DNA of 64,000 bases, taken from contig CAMIVE010000001.1 of NCBI GenBank assembly GCA_946401725.1, forward strand, positions 72,724 through 136,723, read 5' to 3'. Below the pieces are notes generated by a model. It was not told where the DNA came from and ran no database searches. It saw only the letters and a list, made by a program, of their open reading frames with translations. The position numbers were made by a program, and so were the translations under genes. Numbering within the stretch: the first letter of the stretch is position 1; each line of letters begins with the position of its first letter. This DNA comes from an uncultured Bacteroidales bacterium. GTDB taxonomy: Bacteria > Bacteroidota > Bacteroidia > Bacteroidales > P3. Below are positions 9,575 through 17,888 of the stretch, one piece after another.

Positions 9575-10867
9575 TTATTTCTTAAACATACCGCTCCAGG
9601 TGATGCCGACGGCCACCCAAGGTTCGTTGTTGTATTGCTCTTTCAGCATTCGGATGCCCGCTTCCGCTTTGACGGCAATCTGGGCTAACGGGTAGTAATT
9701 CACTCCTGCAGAAAGCACGGTACGACTTGTCGATTCGTCATCAAGTACATTAGCGGCAGGGATGAAACTATCGTAGTATTCGCCATGGGCAAAAAGGAAG
9801 CATTTCTTGCCATCTGTACGATGCGGCAGCAGATTAACACCCACCTCCAGACCAGTGGACAACGCATTGCGTCCCACTTTCTCATGTGGGTAGGGCGACG
9901 AGGCGCTGTGGTTCTGCGAAAGGTTCTGGCGGGTAATCATATAGGAATCGGACAGATAGCCATAGTCAAAATTGCCACGAACTACAACAGCGGGAGTCTG
10001 GTAGGCAAAATCGAAAGCGCCCACCATCACAGTACCTTTTACACCGTTATAGCGCGAACTGTCACCATAGATATCGGTGCGGATGTCGTTGTTGAAACTG
10101 TTTCCGATATAACCGCTAACACTCAACCTAAGATTTCTGACCCCAAAATAGTCTACTTGGGCAGCTCCAGCCAAATGGTTGGCAACACGGAATTCATAGG
10201 CAGAAGCGGAGCCGTTGTGAATCCAACCCGAGCGGTTGAACATGCGGCTGTTCAATGCCGGAAGCAGCTGTGCCTCGTAGCGCCAGTTGGTCGTACGGCC
10301 CCACAGGCTAATGCCCGTCTCGTGCCATGTACAGGGCAGTATGGTATTTTCGCCTTCCGGACGGTAGACGGTGAAGAATTGGGTGGGAAGATGATTGCTG
10401 TTGGTCATGCCCACGGGGACCACAATATGCCCCATACGAATGTTAAGCGCGCCGTTAAAACGCTTCTGTAGCCAGAACTGCTCCAATGCCACTTCGCCGC
10501 CACGTTCAATCTCCTTCTCAAATTCGCCGAATTCCTCGGCTTCCATCTCTACCGCTGCTTCCGTTCCCCCGTGTTCAAACTCTATTTCGGTTCCAAAACT
10601 CCATCCATGACCAAAATCGTAACCCAGCATGATAACGGCATGGGGCAAATCCACCCGTCCATGCCCCTTGGCATCCTTGTAGTCAGACGCATGAGAATAG
10701 CGATTGGGGTTATCACTGAAAAAATTGTATTGGTAAACTGCCTCACCATAGCCACCGATAGTGAGTCGCGGCTGTTGCACAGCTGTGTCGTTTTGCGCCG
10801 AAACCGGATAAAAAAAGCATAGCGCAAAAGAAGCAAAAACCACTAAAAACAAAGCACTTCTATTCAT
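9575..10867 (-). CDS. Porin-like outer-membrane beta-barrel protein, first gene of the imelysin cluster
   Basis: 430 aa with a signal peptide, alternating amphipathic strands and a C-terminal aromatic-rich ending (GITWSGMFKK). Confidence 0.55.
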   Translation of the reverse strand: MNRSALFLVVFASFALCFFYPVSAQNDTAVQQPRLTIGGYGEAVYQYNFFSDNPNRYSHASDYKDAKGHGRVDLPHAVIMLGYDFGHGWSFGTEIEFEHGGTEAAVEMEAEEFGEFEKEIERGGEVALEQFWLQKRFNGALNIRMGHIVVPVGMTNSNHLPTQFFTVYRPEGENTILPCTWHETGISLWGRTTNWRYEAQLLPALNSRMFNRSGWIHNGSASAYEFRVANHLAGAAQVDYFGVRNLRLSVSGYIGNSFNNDIRTDIYGDSSRYNGVKGTVMVGAFDFAYQTPAVVVRGNFDYGYLSDSYMITRQNLSQNHSASSPYPHEKVGRNALSTGLEVGVNLLPHRTDGKKCFLFAHGEYYDSFIPAANVLDDESTSRTVLSAGVNYYPLAQIAVKAEAGIRMLKEQYNNEPWVAVGITWSGMFKK

Positions 10868-10984
10868 TTCTTTGCATTATCTTTCAAATGCAAAGTTCAC
10901 TATTCTTCACGCTTCTGATAATAACTAAAAGTAGTGATTATCGACACATCGGTAGTTATTTCAAGTGATATGTGCATAAACAAC

Positions 10985-11041
10985 AAAAATCCCGGCACAG
11001 AAAGTGTCGGGATTTTTGTTGACTGTCGTCGAAAGACAGTC
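10985..11041 (-). terminator. Two consecutive hairpins downstream of the mmd operon (bidirectional-looking terminator)
   Basis: GACTGTC-N7-GACAGTC (11021-11041), then CCCGGCAC-AGAAA-GTGTCGGG (10991-11011) flanked by an A-run and a T-run. They sit 24 nt below the stop of the beta-subunit gene. Confidence 0.6.
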
Positions 11042-11064
11042 CGTATATTGTTTCTGCTGCCTGA

Positions 11065-12234
11065 TTAGTGGAGGAAGGCAAGCAGGATACCTGCGGCGAC
11101 GGCAGAGCCGACCACACCGGCCACATTGGGACCCATGGCATGCTGCAGCAGGTAGTTGGTCTTGTCGTATTCTAGACCCACGTTGTTGGAGACGCGGGCG
11201 GCATCGGGCACGGCAGAGACGCCGGAGTTACCGATGAGCGGGTTAATTTTATTACCCTCCTTGAGGAAGAGGTTCATAAACTTCACGAAGCAAACACCGA
11301 AGAAGGTGGCGACGATGAAGGAACCGGCACCCAAAGCAAAAATCAACACCGAACGACCGGTAAGGAAGGTGGTGGCCTGTGTGGAGGCACCCACGGTGAT
11401 ACCGATAAGCAATGTGCAGATATTGACGATAGCGTTGGAAGCTACCTCGGAGAGACGCTTGGTAACACCGCACTCTTTCAGCAGGTTGCCGAAGAAGAGC
11501 ATACCGAGCAGCGGCAGACCCGACGGCACGATGAAGGCGCAGAAGATGAGACCCAAGATGGGGAAGGAAATTTTCTCGAGCTTGGTCACCTGACGCGGAG
11601 GACGCATACGGATTTTACGCTCTTTTTCGGTAGTAAGCAGACGCATGATAGGCGGTTGGATGACCGGCACCAACGCCATATAGGAATATGCCGACACAGC
11701 GATAGCACCCATAAGGTCAGGAGCCAACTGCGAGGAGAGGAAGATAGCTGTCGGGCCGTCGGCACCGCCGATGATACCGATAGCACCCGCTTCATTGGGG
11801 GCAAAGCCGAGGGCGAGGGCACCCATATAAGCAGCGAAGATACCCACCTGGGCGGCAGCACCGATAAGCATCAGTTTGGGGTTGCTCAACATGGCCGAGA
11901 AGTCGGTCATGGCACCGATGCCCAGGAAGATGAGTGGCGGGTACCAGCCGTTCTGCACGCCATGGTAGAGGATGTGCAGGACCGAGCCGTCCTCATAGAT
12001 ACCGATTTTCAAACCAGGGTAGAAGGGGATATTGCCCACAATCATACCGAATCCGATAGGAACAAGGAGCAACGGTTCGAACTCCTTTTTGATACCCAGA
12101 TAAATGAATATCAAACCTATTATAATCATGATAATGTGACCCCATTCCACATTGGCGAAGCCAGTGTAATGCAGGAACTGCACCAACTGCGTCGACATGA
12201 AGTCCATGAAGCCACCTGAAGACAAAATATTCAT
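11065..12234 (-). CDS. mmdB: Na+-translocating decarboxylase beta subunit (methylmalonyl-CoA/oxaloacetate decarboxylase)
   Basis: 389-aa polytopic membrane protein with typical OadB/MmdB length and composition, located in an operon with a carboxyltransferase and a BCCP. Confidence 0.85.
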   Translation of the reverse strand: MNILSSGGFMDFMSTQLVQFLHYTGFANVEWGHIIMIIIGLIFIYLGIKKEFEPLLLVPIGFGMIVGNIPFYPGLKIGIYEDGSVLHILYHGVQNGWYPPLIFLGIGAMTDFSAMLSNPKLMLIGAAAQVGIFAAYMGALALGFAPNEAGAIGIIGGADGPTAIFLSSQLAPDLMGAIAVSAYSYMALVPVIQPPIMRLLTTEKERKIRMRPPRQVTKLEKISFPILGLIFCAFIVPSGLPLLGMLFFGNLLKECGVTKRLSEVASNAIVNICTLLIGITVGASTQATTFLTGRSVLIFALGAGSFIVATFFGVCFVKFMNLFLKEGNKINPLIGNSGVSAVPDAARVSNNVGLEYDKTNYLLQHAMGPNVAGVVGSAVAAGILLAFLH

Positions 12235-12267
12235 TGTTTTTTATTCGTTTAAAAGGTTAAAAGGTTA

Positions 12268-12699
12268 TTATCCGATGACAACCATGACGTCGCCTTCGAG
12301 GACGGAGTCGCCCTTACGGACTTTCACCTCGGTAACGGTGCCTTCGACATCCGCTTCGATGTTGTTCTCCATCTTCATGGCTTCAAGAAGCACGACAGTC
12401 TGACCAGCCTTAACTTTGTCGCCGACATTGACGAAAACATCGAGGATGGTGCCAGGCAGCGGGGTAGTTACCTTGGAACCAGCGGTAGCAGGGGCCGATT
12501 TCTGGACATCGCCACTGGGGGCGGCGGCCACCTGAGGTGCCTTGCGGGTCTGCATGACGACCTGGGTTTTCTTCATTTCTTTGTCGACAGTCACCTTATA
12601 AGGAGTGCCGTTGACGTCGAGGGAAATCTCCTGGCCTTCCACTTCGTTGATGTCAACAGAGTATTCGGTACCGTTTATTTTGAATTTGAAATTTTTCAT
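12268..12699 (-). CDS. mmdC: Biotin carboxyl carrier protein subunit of the decarboxylase
   Basis: C-terminal biotinyl domain with EAMKMEN, plus an Ala/Pro-rich linker. Confidence 0.85.
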   Translation of the reverse strand: MKNFKFKINGTEYSVDINEVEGQEISLDVNGTPYKVTVDKEMKKTQVVMQTRKAPQVAAAPSGDVQKSAPATAGSKVTTPLPGTILDVFVNVGDKVKAGQTVVLLEAMKMENNIEADVEGTVTEVKVRKGDSVLEGDVMVVIG

Positions 12700-12712
12700 A
12701 TTTCTATTATTC

Positions 12713-13699
12713 CTATTTTCTGTTATTAAAATAATGATTCATATTATAGTACTTGGCGTTCCAAGGTGTCCAAGCCCGTTCCACTTTCTGGATGGTGATG
12801 ATGGTATCCTCTTCGTCGTGCAGTTCCTCGTCGTAGAGGTAGATAGCCGTAGCTATGGCTGCATAGATTTCTCCGGAGGTCTCCGAAGCCGACGGAGTGG
12901 CAGCGGCAGCAACCACCTGGGCGGTCTTGTTGGCCTTGCGGTCTTGGGTCTTCATGATAAGCTTACCATAACCCTTCAAGATAAGGGAGATGCAGAGCAG
13001 AGCGAGGAAGACGACCGAGACGGCAACGACGGTGAGTCCGATACCGATGGGATCCGATTCGCGGATACGGTCGGCTTGTTTGGCGACATGGTAATGGTAA
13101 CTGGCTGAAGAGATACCGTTGTCACGCTTGATCTTGGCGATACCTTCGGTCAGGTCGAAAACGTTGATGTCATAGCCCAGTGGATTGCGGCCCACAACAA
13201 TGAGTTCGTCTGGGAAAATCTGGAAAGCGTAGGAGCAGCATCCCATGTCGATACGATTCACGATATTGCCGTCCATATCAGCCACGGCGATGTAGGACGA
13301 GTCCTTCTTAGCCGATGCCAGGAAAACGACGTAACCGTCACAGAATCCGACGCTCTTGGGACGCATGATGTTGACCAGGTCGTGACGGCCTTTGACATTG
13401 TCAACCGGAATGCGGATGGTGGTGTCGAAGGAGGTCATCTCACGACGGAAGACGAGGTCAACAGCGTTGTCGATACTGTCAATGACAATAAAGAGGTCCT
13501 GATTGCCCACATAACAAGCCGGCACAGAGACGAGATTGGTGACATCGACACCGATACCGCTCTGCGGGTTGTTATTTTCGAAATGGGTCAAGGGGACAGT
13601 ATCCAGGAGATCCTCGCCCGGCTGCTGCGCCCACAGGGGGGCAGTGCAGATCATCAAGGCGAAGAAGCCTGCTGTCATAAATTTCTTAACTATATTCAT
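12713..13699 (-). CDS. OadG-like (gamma/delta-type) decarboxylase subunit with a large N-terminal extracytoplasmic domain
   Basis: Signal peptide, a ~200-aa domain, one TM helix (GIGLTVVAVSVVFLALLCISLILKGYGKLI, OadG-like) and an acidic C-terminal tail (EIYAAIATAIYLYDEELHDEED). Confidence 0.6.
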   Translation of the reverse strand: MNIVKKFMTAGFFALMICTAPLWAQQPGEDLLDTVPLTHFENNNPQSGIGVDVTNLVSVPACYVGNQDLFIVIDSIDNAVDLVFRREMTSFDTTIRIPVDNVKGRHDLVNIMRPKSVGFCDGYVVFLASAKKDSSYIAVADMDGNIVNRIDMGCCSYAFQIFPDELIVVGRNPLGYDINVFDLTEGIAKIKRDNGISSASYHYHVAKQADRIRESDPIGIGLTVVAVSVVFLALLCISLILKGYGKLIMKTQDRKANKTAQVVAAAATPSASETSGEIYAAIATAIYLYDEELHDEEDTIITIQKVERAWTPWNAKYYNMNHYFNNRK

Positions 13700-13816
13700 A
13701 TTACGATCAATTGCTTTACTTGTTGTTACAACATTTAAGCCTGGAGGAGTTCAGAGGCTCCGTGGCAAAAACAGGTGTAACGGTCGTATTAATAAATAAA
13801 CCCGGTTCGGTAGGAC

Positions 13817-13838
13817 GGGTGCTGCGGGAGCAGCACCC
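13817..13838 (-). other. GC-rich intra-operon hairpin (9-bp stem, 4-nt loop)
   Basis: GGGTGCTGC-GGGA-GCAGCACCC, 30 nt below the stop of the Cys-rich ORF. There is no U-tract, so it may be a processing or stability element, or an attenuating structure. Confidence 0.45.
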
Positions 13839-13867
13839 GAAACTCCGAAACGTCTCATGAGAGAAGA

Positions 13868-14203
13868 TTATTTCTTCTTCTCACACTCTTTTTTGCATTC
13901 GCCGTCGCCTTTGCAGCCTTCGCCTTTGGCTTTGCAGCATTCGCCTTTACCCTCTTCTTTGCAGCACTCTTTTTTCTGTTTGCAAGCGCTGGAGTCGGGG
14001 CAAGCGCAGTTTTCGCACTTATTGGCCAGGCAAGCGCTGTCGGGGCAGGTAGCCTCGCAGTGTTTCATGCACTGTTCTTCCTTAGGACATTTTTTGGAAG
14101 TGTCCTGGTTGTTGCTGTCGGTAGCGTTGGTGTTACCATTGCAGGAGACCATTGCGAAAGCAAATGCGATTCCGAGGAATCCGGTAATAAAAGCTTTTTT
14201 CAT
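13868..14203 (-). CDS. Cysteine-rich (17 Cys in 111 aa) K/E-rich lipoprotein
   Basis: Signal plus lipobox (GIAFAFAMVSC). The mature part is full of CxxxC, CxC and CC motifs (ECCKEEGKGECCKAKGEGCKGDGECKKEC). It is co-oriented between mmdA and the OadG-like gene. Confidence 0.6.
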   Translation of the reverse strand: MKKAFITGFLGIAFAFAMVSCNGNTNATDSNNQDTSKKCPKEEQCMKHCEATCPDSACLANKCENCACPDSSACKQKKECCKEEGKGECCKAKGEGCKGDGECKKECEKKK

Positions 14204-14303
14204 TGTGTTTTTTGATTTTTTGTCTTTTCAGACGATTAAACTGTTTAAAAATTAATACTTTATTTCTTTTCCCACCTTGCGGCGGGGATTCGACAACCGA
14301 CCA

Positions 14304-15863
14304 CTACAACGGGAGGTTACAGTGCTTCTTCATCGGCAGTGCATCTTTCTTTGTGGCAAGGGCCTGCAGGGCGCGGATGACGCGGAAGCGGGTGTTGCGC
14401 GGTTCGATGACATCGTCGATGTAGCCGTACTTGGCAGCGTTGTACGGGTTGGCGAATTGATCGTTATATTCTTTTTCTTTCTCGGCCATGAACTTGGCTT
14501 TCTCTTCGGGATCGGTGATCTCCTTGAGGGCACGGCCCTGCAGCACCTCGGTGGCACCGCTGGCACCCATGACGGCGATCTGAGCCGTAGGCCAAGCATA
14601 GTTGATGTCGCTACGCAGCTGTTTGCAAGACATGACGATGTGGGCACCGCCATAAGACTTGCGGAGGGTGACAGTCACCTTGGGCACCGTAGCCTCGCCA
14701 TAAGCGAAGAGGAACTTGGCGCCATGGGCGATGACACCGGCATACTCCTGACCCGTGCCGGGGAGGAATCCGGGAACGTCGACAAGCGTAACGAGCGGGA
14801 TATTGAAGGCGTCGCAGAAGCGGACGAAACGAGCGCCCTTGCGGCTGCTGTTACAGTCGAGCACGCCGGCCATGGCTTTGGGCTGGTTGGCGACAACGCC
14901 TACCGAGACACCGCCGAAGCGAGCGAAACCGACTACCAGGTTGGGAGCGAATTTCTCATGCACCTCGAGGAACTTGCCGTCGTCGACGATGGCATGGATG
15001 ACGTCCTTGACATCGTAAGCCTGGTTGGGGTTCTCGGGGATGATGGTGTTGAGGCTGTCCTCCAGACGGTCGATGGGGTCTTCGGTGGGAACATAGGGAG
15101 CCTCTTCAAAGTTGTTGGAGGGGATGTAGCTGATAATGTCGCGGATGATCTGGAGGGTAGCCTCCTCGGTCTCGCCCACGAAATGAGCCACACCCGACTT
15201 GGTGGCGTGTACCATGGCACCGCCCAGTTTGTCGGTGGTGACATCCTCGCCGGTAACGGTCTTGACGACCTTGGGACCGGTAAGGAACATGTAACTGTTC
15301 TCCTTCGACATGAGGATGAAGTCTGTGAGTGCAGGCGAATAGACCGCGCCACCGGCACAGGGGCCGAAGATGGCGGAAATCTGAGGCACCACACCTGAAG
15401 CAAGGATGTTGCGCTCGAAGATTTCAGCATAGCCGGCGAGGGAGTTGCAACCCTCCTGGATACGGGCTCCGCCAGAGTCGTTCAGACCGATAACCGGAGC
15501 GCCGACCTTCATGGCCTGGTCCATGACCTTACAGATTTTCAACGACATGGTCTCTGACAGAGAGCCTGCGAAGACGGTGAAGTCCTGAGCGAAGACATAG
15601 ACCTGACGGCCGTCGATGGTACCGTAGCCGGTCACCACGCCGTCGCCGAGGTAGGACTGCTTCTGCATGTCGAAATTGGTACAACGATGGGTGACGAACA
15701 TGTCGAATTCCTCAAACGAGCCCTCGTCGAGGAGCAGAGCGATACGCTCGCGGGCCGTAAGTTTGCCCTGTTCGTGCTGCTTGTCGATGCGTTTCTGACC
15801 GCCGCCCATTTTGGCTTCACTTCTTTTGTCAAGAAGTTCTTTTATTTTTTCTTCAAATGCCAT
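14304..15863 (-). CDS. mmdA: Methylmalonyl-CoA carboxyltransferase (acyl-CoA carboxylase beta-type, decarboxylase alpha subunit)
   Basis: 519 aa with typical carboxyltransferase blocks ([34 protein letters not shown]). Confidence 0.9.
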   Translation of the reverse strand: MAFEEKIKELLDKRSEAKMGGGQKRIDKQHEQGKLTARERIALLLDEGSFEEFDMFVTHRCTNFDMQKQSYLGDGVVTGYGTIDGRQVYVFAQDFTVFAGSLSETMSLKICKVMDQAMKVGAPVIGLNDSGGARIQEGCNSLAGYAEIFERNILASGVVPQISAIFGPCAGGAVYSPALTDFILMSKENSYMFLTGPKVVKTVTGEDVTTDKLGGAMVHATKSGVAHFVGETEEATLQIIRDIISYIPSNNFEEAPYVPTEDPIDRLEDSLNTIIPENPNQAYDVKDVIHAIVDDGKFLEVHEKFAPNLVVGFARFGGVSVGVVANQPKAMAGVLDCNSSRKGARFVRFCDAFNIPLVTLVDVPGFLPGTGQEYAGVIAHGAKFLFAYGEATVPKVTVTLRKSYGGAHIVMSCKQLRSDINYAWPTAQIAVMGASGATEVLQGRALKEITDPEEKAKFMAEKEKEYNDQFANPYNAAKYGYIDDVIEPRNTRFRVIRALQALATKKDALPMKKHCNLPL

Positions 15864-15940
15864 ATTTGAATTTTTTGTAGGTTTATATTGTGAGGATTCC
15901 CTCTACTCTTAACGGTGTCGGTAGGCCTCGAAAATTCATT

Positions 15941-16348
15941 TTATTTGCAGCAAAGCTCGGTAAGGACGCCGAGGGTGCTCTTGGGATGGAGGAAACCGAT
16001 ATGGAGTCCTTCGGCACCGCCACGCGACTGCTGGTCGATGAGGCGGACACCCTTTTCCTTGCATTCAGCGAGAGCAGCGTCGGTGTTCTCAACTGCAAAG
16101 GCGATATGGTGCATGCCACCCTTGCCACCATTCTTCTCAATGAAGGAGGCGATGGTGCTTTCGGGACAGGTGGGCTCAAGGAGCTCGATTTTCACGTCAC
16201 CAATTTTGAAAAAAGCGGTTTTGACTTTCTGGTCCGTAACTTCCTCAATGGCGTAGCATTTGAGGCCCATTACATCTTCCCAGTACTTAATGGCTTCGTC
16301 GAGATTGGGAACGGCGATGCCGATGTGCTCTATGTGCGAAGGTGTCAT
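15941..16348 (-). CDS. mce: Methylmalonyl-CoA epimerase (VOC/glyoxalase fold)
   Basis: 135 aa with IEHIGIAV...GGMHHIAF...GFLHPK blocks. It is the first gene of the mmd operon. Confidence 0.85.
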   Translation of the reverse strand: MTPSHIEHIGIAVPNLDEAIKYWEDVMGLKCYAIEEVTDQKVKTAFFKIGDVKIELLEPTCPESTIASFIEKNGGKGGMHHIAFAVENTDAALAECKEKGVRLIDQQSRGGAEGLHIGFLHPKSTLGVLTELCCK

Positions 16349-16387
16349 TTTTTTGATGTTTTTTATTATTATTTTATTAATTTATTT

Positions 16388-16475
16388 CAAAAATCAATGC
16401 ACAAAAAAGTTATATTTTACATCAAAGAATCTGAGATGCAAAACATTAACAAAAATCAATGCGAAACAAAGTTAC
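16388..16475 (-). promoter_or_regulatory. Imperfect ~25-bp direct repeat pair in the mmd operon upstream region, one copy carrying a TAnnTTTG box
   Basis: CAAAAATCAATGCACAAAAAAGTTA (16388-16412) and CAAAAATCAATGCGAAACAAAGTTA (16450-16474) match at 22 of 25 positions, 62 bp apart. The reverse complement of the second contains TAACTTTG (16474-16467). Confidence 0.45.
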
Positions 16476-16517
16476 AACAAAAAAATGGATTGACCAAAAA
16501 GAATATTGCAAAAAGTT

Positions 16518-17888
16518 TCAATAACTGATGCGTTGCGAGGGGATATCGACCGAGATGGTGGGGAGATTGCCGATGGTAAGGAAATAGCGTTTCTTTTTGG
16601 GAAGTTTCAGATAATAATTGTCTGACGGCTGGTCGGCGGGGATTCGCTCGTCGACAATCAGGCGGCCGTTCTCGTCATAAGCCTTGACGGCGATACCGGT
16701 GAGTCGCTTGGCATGGGTAATTCTCACAATCTTGCCATCGAGGAAAATCCACGCTGCAGGGTCGCTCTCCCTTATCCGGCCAGAGAGGTCCACCTCCACA
16801 TGGTCGTACATGGAGGGGCTCTTCCCTACCGTGTCGGCAGAGGCTTCCAAACGCTGGCGGAAGGCAGGTTCCGGCAGATAGACCGTATCATGGAGCCACA
16901 CCGTGTCATGGATATAGACCACCTCGGCCTGAAGCGGGTCGGTCGGGCAGCCTTTGGGATAGTCAAAATGCTCAAAATAACGTCCCATGGCAGAATTGAC
17001 ATAGTTCTGACGGCTGCCGCACGGGATGAGCACCTGTGTAGCCTTGTCCACTCCAAAGAAAGGTGTTTCGAGCAGGTAAGGGGCCTGGGGCGACAGAAGT
17101 TCCAGACGTTGCAGACGGCAGTAGGAGAAGGCGTTGGATTCAATCAAATTGACACTGACAGGCAGCACGATGCTGCGCAGCGAGGTGCAGTTGGCAAAAG
17201 CGCACTGTCCGATGGTGGACAGGCTGGGCGTTCCCTTGGCGAATTCCACTTCGGAAAGGCCCATGAAATTATAGCAGAGAAACGGCGGAACAGAACCCAC
17301 CCGTTCGTCAAACACGATTCGTGCGGAATCCGTGCAGCCGAAGAACAGATAGTTCATCGACACCGCTTTCACAGCTTGGAAAACCACCACACCTACTTTC
17401 TCCAGATTGTAGAAAGCAAAGGATGGCATAAAACGCACCGACGGACCGATGACGAGGCTGTCGATACTTACACAACCTTTGAAAGCGCCGTTCATCGTAG
17501 CCAGACTGTCACACAGAAAGACCATTGTATGCAAATTCCCACAGCCTTCAAAAGCGGCGTTTCCGACTGTGGTCACCCATCGAGGGACAGTGAGTGCCTG
17601 CAGACGGCCGCATCCTGCAAAAGCGCGGTCGCCAATAGCCGTCACCCGGTAGCGGACACCGTCGGAAGAGACCTCGTCGGGAATCGTCAGTCGTCCCTGA
17701 GGTGTAGGAAAGTCGCCGTATCTGCCGTTATCGAGCGGAGCCACCAGCGCCACGGTAGCGTTGTCGCCAGCCGACAGAATGGTGAAATAAAGCGTCTGAC
17801 CCGCCACCACCTTCTTAAAATCGAAGGCACTCACCGTGGCCGTGACGGTAAGAAGCAGCAAAAGACTGATGGCGGCAAGGCGTTTCAT
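16518..17888 (-). CDS. BspA-type leucine-rich-repeat surface protein
   Basis: Signal peptide and repeated ...AFxGCxxLxxhxhPxSVxxIGxxAF... units (AIGDRAFAGCGRLQALTVPRWVTTVGNAAFEGCGNLHTM). The ATG at 17888 overlaps the dxs TGA (ATGA). Confidence 0.75.
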   Translation of the reverse strand: MKRLAAISLLLLLTVTATVSAFDFKKVVAGQTLYFTILSAGDNATVALVAPLDNGRYGDFPTPQGRLTIPDEVSSDGVRYRVTAIGDRAFAGCGRLQALTVPRWVTTVGNAAFEGCGNLHTMVFLCDSLATMNGAFKGCVSIDSLVIGPSVRFMPSFAFYNLEKVGVVVFQAVKAVSMNYLFFGCTDSARIVFDERVGSVPPFLCYNFMGLSEVEFAKGTPSLSTIGQCAFANCTSLRSIVLPVSVNLIESNAFSYCRLQRLELLSPQAPYLLETPFFGVDKATQVLIPCGSRQNYVNSAMGRYFEHFDYPKGCPTDPLQAEVVYIHDTVWLHDTVYLPEPAFRQRLEASADTVGKSPSMYDHVEVDLSGRIRESDPAAWIFLDGKIVRITHAKRLTGIAVKAYDENGRLIVDERIPADQPSDNYYLKLPKKKRYFLTIGNLPTISVDIPSQRISY

